In this document: positions 1-10,695 of the stretch, one piece after another
Layout: every line of letters begins with the position of its first letter
Position numbering within the stretch: the stretch's first letter is position 1
DNA from: a virus
Strand: one strand, 5' to 3'
IMG/VR virus record: IMGVR_UViG_3300025882_000001
Length of the DNA: 64,000 nucleotides
Made by a program: the position numbers and the translations under genes
The notes under the pieces: model-generated
Told to the model about the DNA's origin: nothing
The model's input: only the letters and a program-made list of their open reading frames with translations
Database searches by the model: none

Positions 1-631
1 ATAGTTCTCGGATTGCTTCATTCGCAGCAAGCGCACTCTTCACATTTGCTCCAATACTCTTTGCGGCACCCATTGCTTTTGCTCCAGCCTTGGCTCCTTC
101 TGCAGCTTCTGCGGCTGCCTTTGCTCCACCTATCAATTCTTGAAGTGTCTTTCCACTCTTGGCTGCTGCTTTTGCTCCACCTGCCGCAGCTTTTGCTCCA
201 CCGGTAAGAGCTTGCGCTCCACCAAGAGCAGCCTTGGCACCTTTCGTAGCATTAAGAATACCAATAGGAAGTAGAAACGATGCAAGAAGTCCAGCTGCCT
301 TTCCAGCATTCTTGGCATTTTTCGTATACTCATTACTATACCAAGAATCTCTAAGTATTCCAAAAAGAAGAGCATCGAGTAAGCCTCCTCCAAAGGCAAG
401 TGCTTGCTTTCCAAATGTATTATTCAGCTTTGCATCGCCCCTGGAAGTATCCAGTCCATATTGCATGGCAATATTTTTTACTGCTTCTATTCCTTTTTTG
501 TTTAATGAAGTTGGGTCTTGATTATATATAGCTACTAGTTTTAAGTTGTCGGCTAATTGCTGTTGCTGAAGTGCTCCTAGAAATCGAGTACCAACATCTA
601 TTGGTGTACTAAATATTTGTTCGTAGTCCAT
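1..631 (-). CDS. Partial copy (cut by window edge) of the 270-aa Gly/Ala-rich putative ejection protein; full copy at 51717..52529
   Basis: ATG at 631; matches 51899..52529. Confidence 0.75.
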   Translation of the reverse strand, partial: MDYEQIFSTPIDVGTRFLGALQQQQLADNLKLVAIYNQDPTSLNKKGIEAVKNIAMQYGLDTSRGDAKLNNTFGKQALAFGGGLLDALLFGILRDSWYSNEYTKNAKNAGKAAGLLASFLLPIGILNATKGAKAALGGAQALTGGAKAAAGGAKAAAKSGKTLQELIGGAKAAAEAAEGAKAGAKAMGAAKSIGANVKSALAANEAIREL

Positions 632-640
632 TATTCCCCC

Positions 641-1294
641 TTAAAAACCAGAGCGGTATGTTTGATTATACCAGTCGGCTTGTTTTTCAAGATATTCTTC
701 TTCTGGAGTAGAAGTCTTATGAGACTTCTTCGCCAAGAAGTTTCCTAAAAGTCCTTTGAATTCGTAATCTGGATTTGTTCTTTGTCTTGCTGCTGTATAA
801 CTAGTAATCATGTCAAGAAAAGGATTTCCGGTCATCTTGGGTTGATACATTTCTTTTAACATTGATGTTATTAACAAACGGAAAGCGTTTTGCTGCCACT
901 CTTGATTTTCCATTTGTTTTCCAATGACATTATTATAGTTTTCTATAGTCTTCTCTAGGCTTTCATTTGTGCCGTATATCCCTTTTTTAATTTCTTCCAT
1001 TTCGTTTGGCTGAGAGATTGGAGAAGTTGGGATAGAAACCGGTATCGAAGGAGAAGATGGAGTTATAGTAGGATAAGTTGTACGCATATATTCTGCATAT
1101 TCTGGAACATTTGCCATCAAGTAGTTTTGTAACTCCTGAGCCACTTGCTGAGTTCCAGGAAGATATTTAGTAAATGTTTTTGGATCTGCTAATACAGAAG
1201 GATTAGCGAATATAAAATCATTATAACCTGATTTATATTTCTTATGTGACCGAAGCGCTTCAGCGACTTTATTTTGCATTGCATTAAAATCCAT
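641..1294 (-). CDS. Hypothetical virion protein, putative internal/ejection protein (217 aa)
   Basis: RBS (AAGGAG); Gln/Asn/Met-rich and helical; lies between the nozzle and the giant protein, where podoviruses place ejection proteins. Confidence 0.55.
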   Translation of the reverse strand: MDFNAMQNKVAEALRSHKKYKSGYNDFIFANPSVLADPKTFTKYLPGTQQVAQELQNYLMANVPEYAEYMRTTYPTITPSSPSIPVSIPTSPISQPNEMEEIKKGIYGTNESLEKTIENYNNVIGKQMENQEWQQNAFRLLITSMLKEMYQPKMTGNPFLDMITSYTAARQRTNPDYEFKGLLGNFLAKKSHKTSTPEEEYLEKQADWYNQTYRSGF

Positions 1295-2045
1295 TTTTAC
1301 TCCTTATATTAACTTTATATAAAAGATTTGTAAGACTTGGTACAAACACAGGTCTCTCATTTATAAGTCCATTTCGATAGTATTCATCAAGTTCTGCATA
1401 GTCGTTTGGATCATTAACCCTAATCTCATAGTTAACCTTTGGATATTTATTGATTAGCTTACTAATTCTATTCTCAACTTCTGGTGTATATTGTATCTGT
1501 TGTTTTGGATATTTTGAAGTTGAAGAATTTGGATAAGTATTTGCAGGAATTTTATTATTCTTAAAATACATAGAATACTCATTATTATTGAAAAAACCAG
1601 CATATGCTTGATTGGTTTCTAATTCTTTATTGCGTTGCATTGTGTCTTCAAAAACTAGATTAGACCTTTTAAGCATATTTCTGTATCCTTCAAGTTCTTT
1701 TTCATATTTTGCTTGAAGCTCTGCAAGATTGAGTCTATTCCCTGCTTCTATCCCTGCAACGGCTTTTCTTGTATCTGCTTCCAATTTAGCTACATCATAA
1801 GCGTTCTTTCTACTTTTTTCTCCTTCGGACTGTGTCACTTCTGTTCCATATAACCCGAGCAACGTATTTAATTTTTGACCGAGTAAGCCTGATATTAGAT
1901 TGGCTCCAGCCATTGTGTTGCTAAACGCCACATTCATCTGGTTACCCATCATGTTCGTAATTTCTGCCTGTTCTCGTTCCAAATCAGCTCTTATCTGATT
2001 ATAACGATCGGCAGTCTGACTAAGTGTTTCCCAAAATCCTGGCAT
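1284..2045 (-). CDS. Hypothetical virion protein, putative ejection protein (253 aa)
   Basis: RBS AAGGAGG; coiled-coil and Gly/Ala helical composition; operon position. Confidence 0.55.
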   Translation of the reverse strand: MPGFWETLSQTADRYNQIRADLEREQAEITNMMGNQMNVAFSNTMAGANLISGLLGQKLNTLLGLYGTEVTQSEGEKSRKNAYDVAKLEADTRKAVAGIEAGNRLNLAELQAKYEKELEGYRNMLKRSNLVFEDTMQRNKELETNQAYAGFFNNNEYSMYFKNNKIPANTYPNSSTSKYPKQQIQYTPEVENRISKLINKYPKVNYEIRVNDPNDYAELDEYYRNGLINERPVFVPSLTNLLYKVNIRSKNGF

Positions 2046-2057
2046 CTTTCCTCCTTA

Positions 2058-2672
2058 CTAAAGTCCTAAAAGCTTTAGAAGACCAGCTGGAGACTGTGTT
2101 CCGAAAAGCAATGCCGGAGACGCTCCAACAAGATTTCCGAAAAGTCCACCAAAGAATCCTGACTGATTTTGGCTTCTCTGCATTTGCATTGCAGCATCTG
2201 CCTGCATCTTCTGTAGTTGATAATTCAAAGCCGATTGTGAACCTTGCATTGCCGCAGTATTCTGAGCTGCAGCATTGGCAAGATTTCCCTGAAGACTGTA
2301 TCCCAATAATCCAGTACCAGTCTGATACGCATTGTTGAGATAACTATTGTATGCTTGACGAGTCCCTTCCAGATTACTGGCGAGAGAAGACTGAAGCTGA
2401 CCTGTAGCAAAAGGATTCTGACCAGCTGCCTGCATACGCATGCTGTTCAAGTATTGCTGAGCGGCAGCGTCTACACCAACTTTCTTCAGGTCATTATACA
2501 TACCTCTATTACGAGAACTATATGGATCAAGAAACTCTTCTCCCAGTGCAGTATATCTACTCGTATCAACCGAGTAAGTCTTTGGTGTATATGCCTGTGT
2601 CAGCTGTTGCGGAGTCATATTATACCCCTTCAACCTACTCTGCCCGAAAAGTGCATTTCCAAGCCATGACAT
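2058..2672 (-). CDS. Putative DNA ejection (pilot-type) protein; likely start ATG 2672 (MSWLGNALFG)
   Basis: Gln/Ala/Gly-rich with a GFFGGLFG C-terminal segment. The ATG at 2672 overlaps the upstream stop (TAATG); the longer 2693 start is a TTG. Confidence 0.6.
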   Translation of the reverse strand: MSWLGNALFGQSRLKGYNMTPQQLTQAYTPKTYSVDTSRYTALGEEFLDPYSSRNRGMYNDLKKVGVDAAAQQYLNSMRMQAAGQNPFATGQLQSSLASNLEGTRQAYNSYLNNAYQTGTGLLGYSLQGNLANAAAQNTAAMQGSQSALNYQLQKMQADAAMQMQRSQNQSGFFGGLFGNLVGASPALLFGTQSPAGLLKLLGL

Positions 2673-2941
2673 TATTTCACCTTCCTTATCCAATCAAACG
2701 GGATATTCAAGCGAGCCCAACCATCTGGAAACCTTGCTTCAAGATACAACTTCGTCTCACCTTCACTCTTCGTCTGAGTAAAACGAATATTGCTTGTTTC
2801 CGGTTTCTCAACATTGATGTCGCCAGTTCCAACGGATTGGAGTTTTTTATCTAGTTCATCGATCTTATTCCAGATTCGATGAAGTTCTTTGTTCATCTCT
2901 TCGAACGAATCGAGAGCCCTATAGGAACTTATTCGTTTCAA
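2672..2941 (-). CDS. Small virion-associated protein (89 aa)
   Basis: Translationally coupled to both neighbours; short coiled coil plus beta-rich C-terminus. Confidence 0.6.
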   Translation of the reverse strand: MKRISSYRALDSFEEMNKELHRIWNKIDELDKKLQSVGTGDINVEKPETSNIRFTQTKSEGETKLYLEARFPDGWARLNIPFDWIRKVK

Positions 2942-5900
2942 ATTTCCTCCTTCGTTACAAAAGAACGAATTACATAGCGTATTACCGAAATCGGTTCTTG
3001 CGATTCAATACTTATATGAAATACAGACTTCTGTACCGGTTTGCCATAGTATTCAGATGCCTTTTTGTTGTCAATATATATCTCCGATTGTACTCGTGTA
3101 TTTCCATTATAGGTTTGAATATCGTATATCTGCTTTTTATTCTTAATCCCGAAATCGGTAACATAATCAAGTTCCGTTGTGCGAACTCTTGATGTATAAG
3201 TGGAAACATCGCTTCCAAAAAGTTTCTGAGAAATTGCATAGGTGGTAAGATAACGACCATTGTTATAGGATATTGTTCTTACCAAGATTCCTGGAATTGT
3301 CGACACAGCTTTTGTCTCTGGAGGAATAATTATCGGAGGAAGAATTGGAATAGACGGCGATTCCAATGTTTCAATATCAGTAGAAACTGTGATTACAGCA
3401 TAGCCATCTTCAGTTGAATAGACTCCTTTCAGATAGGCGTCATACGCATCAGGCGTTTCAATCATATAAGTAGCCCATCTTCCAGTGCTGATTCCATACA
3501 AGAATACTATGATTTGCTGAAATTTTCCTGGAGCATCTACTGTCTCACCAATCACTGCGACAGCATTTCGATCCTGAATATATTCCACATACACATGACC
3601 AGTAAGCCATTTGAAAGAAGGAAACGCTGTTCCCTCGGCACTCAATTGAGAATAGTTGTTTTCTTTCATTGCTTCACCAATTGGAACTACTTTGTTTCCA
3701 TCTACAAGATAGAGATTGCCGTTGAAGTAGACAAAAATACCAGTTTCAGTAGCAACCACATGACTACGCTGAAGAGCACCACAAGACTTACTCGTATATT
3801 CAATAGCAAGAGTATCGGCATTGATGATAGAATACTCTTCCTTCCCGAAGGCATATATTCTTCCATTGTAAGGAATGAGAACATTCGGAACAAATCCAAG
3901 AACACAGTATTCTTCTTGATAGTTAAATATAGATGGTTGATAAGGTAAACTACGAAGCACAAGATTATCGGTATTGACATTAACCTTTGGATCAAGAGGA
4001 AAATAGACATTTCCTGCGTAGATTATACCATTGTACACACATTGGCAGTTTCTTCTTACGCTTACATTATTTACCGTCTCCGAGTATCCAGCGTCAATAT
4101 TGAAAGAAGCATAGCGTGTTCCATTATCATGTATAGTTGCTTTATAGAGACCAGTATCTGAATCAAAAGTAAAATTATCATAATTAAGTTCTTTTTCACC
4201 AACTAAGCGATATAACTCCTGTTCAACGCCATTCAGCATTTCTACGGCATATAAACGAACTGCTGTAATTCGGCGAGAAACTAAGTGCAACATTGCAATA
4301 TTTATATTCAAATCTGCTTCAATATTCCAAGTTCCAGTTCCGGGAACAGTATGATCCCAAACGACGTCTGAAAGTGGAGAAATACTAATTCCATCGTAGA
4401 CAAAAGCTATGCGGTAACGAACGCTAGTTCCATGTTCAAATCCAGTTCCTATCGTATCACGAAAAGTTAGAATATCTTCTTGAAAATGTAATTCACCAAC
4501 ATAAGACAAATCCACATTTGGTGGATCAAGTTCTTCAACATTGTAGAGCACTATATTATTAGCAAAAGCAAAAGCTATTGTTTCATGAATAAGATCAAAG
4601 ACTTTGTATTTCTCTGTTGTTTGTCCTTCTTCAATAGACGTTCCTTCTTTGGTGATCTCACCAACCAATAATGGAACATAGAACAAAGCAGAATTAGTAG
4701 CATTAGAATATTGCACATCTGCTGGACTGAAGTATACTAAATTGTTTTTAGATGGTGTAAGAATTGATTTACTCTCGTTGGCAAGAAGTGAATAATGAGT
4801 ACGCTGCTCTTTGTGGCTTCCAGGAAAAGAAGATAAATCCGAAGCGAAAACAGCAAATCTCGCACTTCCGTCAGATTCAACTTCAGGATTATTAAAGAAC
4901 TTTGTGAGATGAAAATATCTTCGGTAGTGAGTTGATCCAAGAAGAATATCAAAGAATTCGTAATCCCAGACATTCACAGGTTCTTGCCCATTCCAACAAT
5001 AATAAATATCTTGTGCTCTTACATCTGAATTAAAATATACATCTTCTTCTCCCTCATATAACGTATTAGGTGTAAGTGGCATAGCCCATATTATATTCGA
5101 ATTTACATAGCTTTGGCTACTAGAATCAAAAGTACTTATGTGTTGAAAGTATGCCATACCACATCCATAATGTGGTCTACTGTAATGTCTTATATCCTGA
5201 GACAGCGATTCAAATTCACAACCCAAATGCGAATTTAGCCACGTTTTTGCTTTGCAGGCAATTTCATAACCAACTATATTGTTTACATAATCTAATATAG
5301 TTAATGAGCCAATTAGATGAGCATTACTATGTATATCACCATTGTCTACGTAAGCGAATCCACAATATCCTGGAGAGTATATTTTAGTTACTTGCGAAAT
5401 ACCTGTAATATAATCTACATATTCATCATCGTTACTTACATCACGCAAATATAGTTCGTTTAATTTCAAATACAAGTCCAAGAACCCACACTCTGTATCT
5501 ATCGAACTATTTGCTCCGTTAGTATTCGAGACCGGCTCACTATTAGCAAATGCTTCATAAGGAATTCTCAAATAGCCAGCTTCTTCACCATTTGGACGAT
5601 ATTCATATCCATTTTCATTCCATCCTAATTTATAACCAGAACTTGTTATGAAATGTTGAGTTTGTACCCAATAACAATAACAGTCAATCTTCCTATACGG
5701 CATAAATGGAAGCTTGCTTCGATTCAAAGTATTTTCGGCACAAGATACTGTTATCTCTGGTTGATTATAAACGAATAAGTTTTTGCTGAAGGAGAAGAGC
5801 ATGTCTTCTTCCGTTGCAAGAGAATTGAGATAAACATTGTCTCCCATGTTATATGCCAAGAATACATAGTCTTTTGAAACTGCTATAGAATCTAATTTAC

Positions 5901-6702
5901 TTCCTACTGGATTGTTTGTTTCCATCACTTTTACATGAGCAAGAATAACATCGCTTCCTGCGCTAATTGACAATAGTTCTTCTGGATAAACACCGTTTTC
6001 TTGAAATACCGAACTCAGATTAAGTTTTGATATAAATAAGGAGCTTCCCTTATAATAGGCAAAATATATATGCACAGGATACCATATATTCCCTATCTCT
6101 ACTTTATCGTAACTCCACGCCAAGGGCAACGATGGAGCAAGAGGAAAAGAGCTATATGTTATATTCTCTTGTATATCATATAAATACAAATTACCAAAAC
6201 CGTACTGAGCATAGAGAATATATCTTTCGTTGATTGGAACAGCAAACTGAATATTTTCCTGAGTTGAATAACCATACTTGGAAGAAATCACATCTTCTTC
6301 GAAAATTATATCATTTCTATCAACTCCGATAAGGTCTCCTTTGGAATATCCATACCGCAGGTACTTCGTATGCCCACTGTCTTGAATAATGCTCATCTGG
6401 CGTCCAATAACGTCCATACAGGGACGATCTCCAGTTGGAGGACTAATGGTACCAACCCGAACTCCATCTACGTATACGTGCCCATTTATATCTTCAGAAA
6501 CGGCAATATCTTTTCCTTCAACGAATAAGTTTTTCTGCTGTATGTATGCGGTTCCAACTGCTTTGTCTTTGTTCTCTGGTACTGCCGTACTCAGTGAACC
6601 ATCGACTCTTGCATTCCAAAAAGACACAGCTCCGCCAGGAGCATCTGGTATCGCCGGAGCTGCGCCATTGAACGAGTTGAAAGGGACTATTTCTTTTGGC
6701 AT
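2938..6702 (-). CDS. Large tail protein, probable nozzle/stabilisation protein (1254 aa)
   Basis: Beta-rich, aromatic/acidic; C-terminal part has propeller-like segments (GRIYAFGK, VVATETGIFVYFNGNLYLVDGNKVVPIGE) typical of P22 gp10-like nozzles; position after the adaptors. Confidence 0.6.
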   Translation of the reverse strand: MPKEIVPFNSFNGAAPAIPDAPGGAVSFWNARVDGSLSTAVPENKDKAVGTAYIQQKNLFVEGKDIAVSEDINGHVYVDGVRVGTISPPTGDRPCMDVIGRQMSIIQDSGHTKYLRYGYSKGDLIGVDRNDIIFEEDVISSKYGYSTQENIQFAVPINERYILYAQYGFGNLYLYDIQENITYSSFPLAPSLPLAWSYDKVEIGNIWYPVHIYFAYYKGSSLFISKLNLSSVFQENGVYPEELLSISAGSDVILAHVKVMETNNPVGSKLDSIAVSKDYVFLAYNMGDNVYLNSLATEEDMLFSFSKNLFVYNQPEITVSCAENTLNRSKLPFMPYRKIDCYCYWVQTQHFITSSGYKLGWNENGYEYRPNGEEAGYLRIPYEAFANSEPVSNTNGANSSIDTECGFLDLYLKLNELYLRDVSNDDEYVDYITGISQVTKIYSPGYCGFAYVDNGDIHSNAHLIGSLTILDYVNNIVGYEIACKAKTWLNSHLGCEFESLSQDIRHYSRPHYGCGMAYFQHISTFDSSSQSYVNSNIIWAMPLTPNTLYEGEEDVYFNSDVRAQDIYYCWNGQEPVNVWDYEFFDILLGSTHYRRYFHLTKFFNNPEVESDGSARFAVFASDLSSFPGSHKEQRTHYSLLANESKSILTPSKNNLVYFSPADVQYSNATNSALFYVPLLVGEITKEGTSIEEGQTTEKYKVFDLIHETIAFAFANNIVLYNVEELDPPNVDLSYVGELHFQEDILTFRDTIGTGFEHGTSVRYRIAFVYDGISISPLSDVVWDHTVPGTGTWNIEADLNINIAMLHLVSRRITAVRLYAVEMLNGVEQELYRLVGEKELNYDNFTFDSDTGLYKATIHDNGTRYASFNIDAGYSETVNNVSVRRNCQCVYNGIIYAGNVYFPLDPKVNVNTDNLVLRSLPYQPSIFNYQEEYCVLGFVPNVLIPYNGRIYAFGKEEYSIINADTLAIEYTSKSCGALQRSHVVATETGIFVYFNGNLYLVDGNKVVPIGEAMKENNYSQLSAEGTAFPSFKWLTGHVYVEYIQDRNAVAVIGETVDAPGKFQQIIVFLYGISTGRWATYMIETPDAYDAYLKGVYSTEDGYAVITVSTDIETLESPSIPILPPIIIPPETKAVSTIPGILVRTISYNNGRYLTTYAISQKLFGSDVSTYTSRVRTTELDYVTDFGIKNKKQIYDIQTYNGNTRVQSEIYIDNKKASEYYGKPVQKSVFHISIESQEPISVIRYVIRSFVTKEEI

Positions 6703-7232
6703 TAGAATATTCTCTTTGGATTAAGTATTTCTCTTCGTTGTTCTTCAGCTGGTTCATCAACTACGCTTGTAAGTGGAAGTGGGAATCTGTTCTTCGTGAA
6801 GTTAATCGTTCCAGTATCGATTACTATACATTGGAAAGAAGCTGCTCCTTTGTCTTCGCCATTCGGATATTCCAGAGTATTGAATCCATAGATAACTACT
6901 TCAAACTCAGCAGATACTATATCGCTATCTAGATTTTCTGCTACATGTTGCATTCTCCAAAAAGGAATGGAAACAATAAAAATTCCATTTCCAGCGTTTC
7001 TACAATAAGTTGGACTATAGAGCAAAAAATATTGCGCACTTATATCAAACACTTGGTCAATGCGTCCTTTGGAAAATACGATAAAATCTCTTTCTAGTTC
7101 ATTTGCAAGAACACAGTGAAGTAAGACGGCTACATTGAAATCGGTTAAGTCGACTCCAGCCATCTCAGCATCGGTAATCTCATAGACATAGTTTCCAGTA
7201 GAAACTATAAATTCATTCAGAGTGCGTGCCAT
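6702..7232 (-). CDS. Hypothetical structural protein (176 aa)
   Basis: Coupled ORF in the tail cluster. Confidence 0.6.
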   Translation of the reverse strand: MARTLNEFIVSTGNYVYEITDAEMAGVDLTDFNVAVLLHCVLANELERDFIVFSKGRIDQVFDISAQYFLLYSPTYCRNAGNGIFIVSIPFWRMQHVAENLDSDIVSAEFEVVIYGFNTLEYPNGEDKGAASFQCIVIDTGTINFTKNRFPLPLTSVVDEPAEEQRREILNPKRIF

Positions 7233-7234
7233 TA

Positions 7235-8356
7235 TTATGGCTCCGGTTCAAGAACTACATCAACCACAATTGTAGTGTCATCTGTTGCAGTTGCTTTGTA
7301 GTCTCCTACCCAACTACGTCCACCACTTTGAAGTGTTTCTGGATTGTAATTGACATCTAGGTTATAGATTGTTATGGATTGATATCCAGGAACAGGCTTC
7401 TTAAATTTTGCATTTGCTACACCTCCCCGGTGATTAGTAAGATATGCCATTCCTGTTGGAGCAATGTGCGCATCAACAATGTTCCCAACATAAACAATGG
7501 GAGAAATTATTATATTTTCTGCACTGTCAATATCGTTCAAGGAAACATCAAAACTTTCTGTAATATAACCACCGTGATGTACAACATCCGGAGCAGGACT
7601 TAAACATAGATAATTAGAGTAACCACCACCGATTCCTCCAGCATGACTAGTAGCATTATTGTAAGCATCTATTTCGCTCTGAGTTGGTGAATATAAGTTC
7701 GTAAGATATTCTCTATTCTTAGAATTAATTACCGGATTTATTCTATCTGTCGTACTCCAACAATTAGGACCTGTGCCGCTTGACCATTGACTGTTTATGC
7801 TTTCTGAACTATGTATTCTACCTTTATGTATATATACTTTACCCCACATTCCAGTATAGGCATCTTTATATGAAAGTTCATAACCTAAATTCAGATTTTG
7901 AAAAATATCATTCAAAATATTATTACTTGAAAATGTTGTCTGAGGTGCTGCTGTTCCTACCGGTATTCCATCTATAAATACTATATTAAATTGAAACGGT
8001 GCAATATAAATTACATTAAATGTATTACCAAGAAACACTTCATCCCATGAAGTAGGAAGAAATGGAGTTTCCATAGCACTAAGAGATGGTAGATTCGTAA
8101 ATAGCTGATATTGTAAATCTCTTGCAATATACAGTGTTCTCATATCAACACTTTGCGTTCCACCTGGCTCTATAAACTCAAGTTTTAATTGATTTATAAC
8201 CGGTATCTCATAATTTGCGCAATAGTGATAGAAATAATTACTTAGGGGTTCTATGTTCGTCAAATCCATAGGATGAGAAGAACCAACTGTAATCTCTCTT
8301 TCTATCTCTCCAGTATAATCGTTGATATATGCATTCATTCTTACTGTGTCTGGCAT
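7235..8356 (-). CDS. Hypothetical tail/fibre-associated protein (373 aa)
   Basis: RBS GGAG; beta-rich Asn/Thr/Gly composition; tail cluster. Confidence 0.55.
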   Translation of the reverse strand: MPDTVRMNAYINDYTGEIEREITVGSSHPMDLTNIEPLSNYFYHYCANYEIPVINQLKLEFIEPGGTQSVDMRTLYIARDLQYQLFTNLPSLSAMETPFLPTSWDEVFLGNTFNVIYIAPFQFNIVFIDGIPVGTAAPQTTFSSNNILNDIFQNLNLGYELSYKDAYTGMWGKVYIHKGRIHSSESINSQWSSGTGPNCWSTTDRINPVINSKNREYLTNLYSPTQSEIDAYNNATSHAGGIGGGYSNYLCLSPAPDVVHHGGYITESFDVSLNDIDSAENIIISPIVYVGNIVDAHIAPTGMAYLTNHRGGVANAKFKKPVPGYQSITIYNLDVNYNPETLQSGGRSWVGDYKATATDDTTIVVDVVLEPEP

Positions 8357-8868
8357 TATTTGTCTCCTTGTATTTTCTCAATCAGGATTTCTATCCTGCT
8401 TCTGTTTGTATAGATTACCTGCTTCAGTAATCCGTTTATGTAGATTAAGAATCTTTGGAACGCTTCGTAGATTACGGTAAGCGCCCGAATACCTATTTTT
8501 TTAAGAAGCGAGTAAGTTTGCTTGTGCAGTATACCGATACTATATCTACGTGTTAGATTGAAACTCTTCTTCCAACTTATACTTCTGGGCTGTATACCAA
8601 AGACCTTCAACTTACTCGCTTGCTTGCACATTGTTATCTTTTTCTGGAAAGAAACAGAAATATCTCCAAACCTTTTTCCCATCTCTTTCTTCTCTTGATG
8701 TCCAAGGTTCAGTGGTACACGAAGACCAACAGATGTAGGAATCGCAGTTGCAATCTGAACTTCAGAATGCTTCGGCAATTCTTCTTTCTGCGGAACATGG
8801 AAAATCGGAATCGCAAACTTGTTGTGAGCAAAGATAAGTGTCTTTCCGAGTGGTTCTCTTCTCAACAT
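8356..8868 (-). CDS. Hypothetical basic protein (170 aa)
   Basis: Fills the gap exactly, with TGATG and TAATG overlaps at both ends. Confidence 0.55.
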   Translation of the reverse strand: MLRREPLGKTLIFAHNKFAIPIFHVPQKEELPKHSEVQIATAIPTSVGLRVPLNLGHQEKKEMGKRFGDISVSFQKKITMCKQASKLKVFGIQPRSISWKKSFNLTRRYSIGILHKQTYSLLKKIGIRALTVIYEAFQRFLIYINGLLKQVIYTNRSRIEILIEKIQGDK

Positions 8869-9473
8869 CAGAAGTATACCTGTGTAATTGTCGCAGGAGA
8901 ATTCCCGCTATTATATTTCGTTTTAACTGCCTGAAAAGCACCAGAGAACTTATTCGCATATAATTCAACAGTTCCAGGCTCCATAGGAAAGATTCCAGCC
9001 AACTCTGTAATCATCAAGTATAGTGCACAGAGCTGAACTTCAACATCAGATATGCTAGGAATTGATGTATTCCATGCTTCAATAGCATTTGGATCAATTT
9101 CAATTCCAGTGTCAGGTGGAAATGGCTTTATAGCTCCGCTTATACTTTCCCAATATTCTATTTCTAAATTATGATTTCCAACGGTTTCGTTTGTGATAAG
9201 TTCTCTATTGGAGTCGTATATCAATAGTTTTCTGTGTTTCACTTCCCAGTAGATATCGTCTCCAGAAGTATCTTTCACACTGTCTATCTTGACCGCTTTT
9301 TGTTCCAGAAGATCCCTATATTGACTTACACTAGTTGGTTTAAGCACAGTAGTCATTAGTCTTACTTCCCTGGAAATCTTCTCAAAAGCGATATTATAAA
9401 ATTGCACAAAAGCTTTTGCCGTAAGCTCCGGTATAATCAACTGAGCAAGTGCATATAGTTCACCGTTTGTCAT
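8868..9473 (-). CDS. Putative head-tail adaptor-like protein (201 aa)
   Basis: N-terminal MTNGELYAL helix pattern and helical C-terminus as in adaptor proteins; position after the capsid genes. Confidence 0.45.
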   Translation of the reverse strand: MTNGELYALAQLIIPELTAKAFVQFYNIAFEKISREVRLMTTVLKPTSVSQYRDLLEQKAVKIDSVKDTSGDDIYWEVKHRKLLIYDSNRELITNETVGNHNLEIEYWESISGAIKPFPPDTGIEIDPNAIEAWNTSIPSISDVEVQLCALYLMITELAGIFPMEPGTVELYANKFSGAFQAVKTKYNSGNSPATITQVYF

Positions 9474-10297
9474 TGTACTCCTCCTGGTGCTTGTGATAGA
9501 ACACCAAACCAGTCATAGTATTCCTGTCTCAAGTTTCTTATCCGTTGAAGAATATTCACAACATTCTCCATCGTTACCCGAAGCTTATCCGAAGCAGTAG
9601 CTTGTTCGCTTATAATTGTTTGAATTTTCTGCAGCTCTGCTGAAGCGAGTTCCACATCGTCTTTGTTGAGTCGCTTCTCCACATTTGAATAATCATAAGG
9701 TATCTTATCTGTAATCATCTTATTCACGAGGAGGGAAACATAGGCATTAAATACTTTATTGAGCTCAAATATAGAACAATACAGTGCCAATGGATACTTA
9801 TAGCGGTCATGCCAAATAAGTTTCCCACCACCTTCAATCCCATATTTCACAATCTCTGCACAATAGCGTTCTGTATCTTCAGCTCCTGCCGGGATTGGTG
9901 GATATGCGAATAAGTTTTTGCCTTCCAACCAGTAGTAGCGCTTCCCATACGAACCATCATTCAGCAGCGAATATGGATTCATTATCTGTTCCGGATTATC
10001 TACTCGGATTGCCAATTTTGGAATCTTGCCTCTCACATAGTAGACCTTTATCTCTTCATTATCTGCCGGAACATACTGAAGCATAGTAGAAAAGCTGGAG
10101 ACACCAGTAGCAGAGCTGGAGGAACGAGTGAGGATTACTGGCGTCTCCAATACCTTCAGTGCTTTCGGATTGACAATCCCAATACGATTGACTATATCTT
10201 CCATGCCAGACATAAGAACATTATCTTCTATGATAATATCCTTCGTTCCAAGAATGGAATTCACATAGTCCTGAATATCAATCCGATTCAGTATCAT
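9470..10297 (-). CDS. Putative head-tail adaptor/connector (275 aa)
   Basis: YYWLEGKNLFAYPPIP segment typical of podoviral adaptors; position. Confidence 0.5.
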   Translation of the reverse strand: MILNRIDIQDYVNSILGTKDIIIEDNVLMSGMEDIVNRIGIVNPKALKVLETPVILTRSSSSATGVSSFSTMLQYVPADNEEIKVYYVRGKIPKLAIRVDNPEQIMNPYSLLNDGSYGKRYYWLEGKNLFAYPPIPAGAEDTERYCAEIVKYGIEGGGKLIWHDRYKYPLALYCSIFELNKVFNAYVSLLVNKMITDKIPYDYSNVEKRLNKDDVELASAELQKIQTIISEQATASDKLRVTMENVVNILQRIRNLRQEYYDWFGVLSQAPGGVQ

Positions 10298-10686
10298 TAT
10301 TCTTTCACCGCATATCGAATTACTGCATTTCCAGTTGCAGCAGGAGTAAGAGTGATTGCAATGCGATAGAAGGGCGCTTTGATATTTCTTACATCAAGAG
10401 ATATTCCACATCCAGTTGTTGCAGCGGAAATAGCTGGATTTGTTCCGGTTACCATATCCGACCAATGCGTCCCATCTACTGAAATCTGCAACTTTATCGT
10501 GTCTGCAGTTACTGATATAGTCTTGGTTGAAGAAATAATTGCAGCGGGAAGAACAACATTCCCCTGAAAACTGGCAAGCGCAGAAGAATATATCGTCTGA
10601 GCACTCGTACCAGTAAAGGCAAGTGTTTCTTCGTAAGTTTTCCATCCAGTGTAGGTTGCTGCTCCAGTTACATCTGACCAAGCCAT
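10297..10686 (-). CDS. Putative capsid decoration/cement protein (129 aa)
   Basis: Small all-beta Thr/Ala-rich ORF immediately after the major capsid gene; LQISVDGTHW motif. Confidence 0.5.
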   Translation of the reverse strand: MAWSDVTGAATYTGWKTYEETLAFTGTSAQTIYSSALASFQGNVVLPAAIISSTKTISVTADTIKLQISVDGTHWSDMVTGTNPAISAATTGCGISLDVRNIKAPFYRIAITLTPAATGNAVIRYAVKE

Positions 10687-10695
10687 CTTTCCTCC

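Noticed and set aside
641-2045. Shared C-terminal GF (RSGF, KNGF) in two adjacent virion proteins as a sorting signal
   Set aside because: Two residues in two proteins is within chance.
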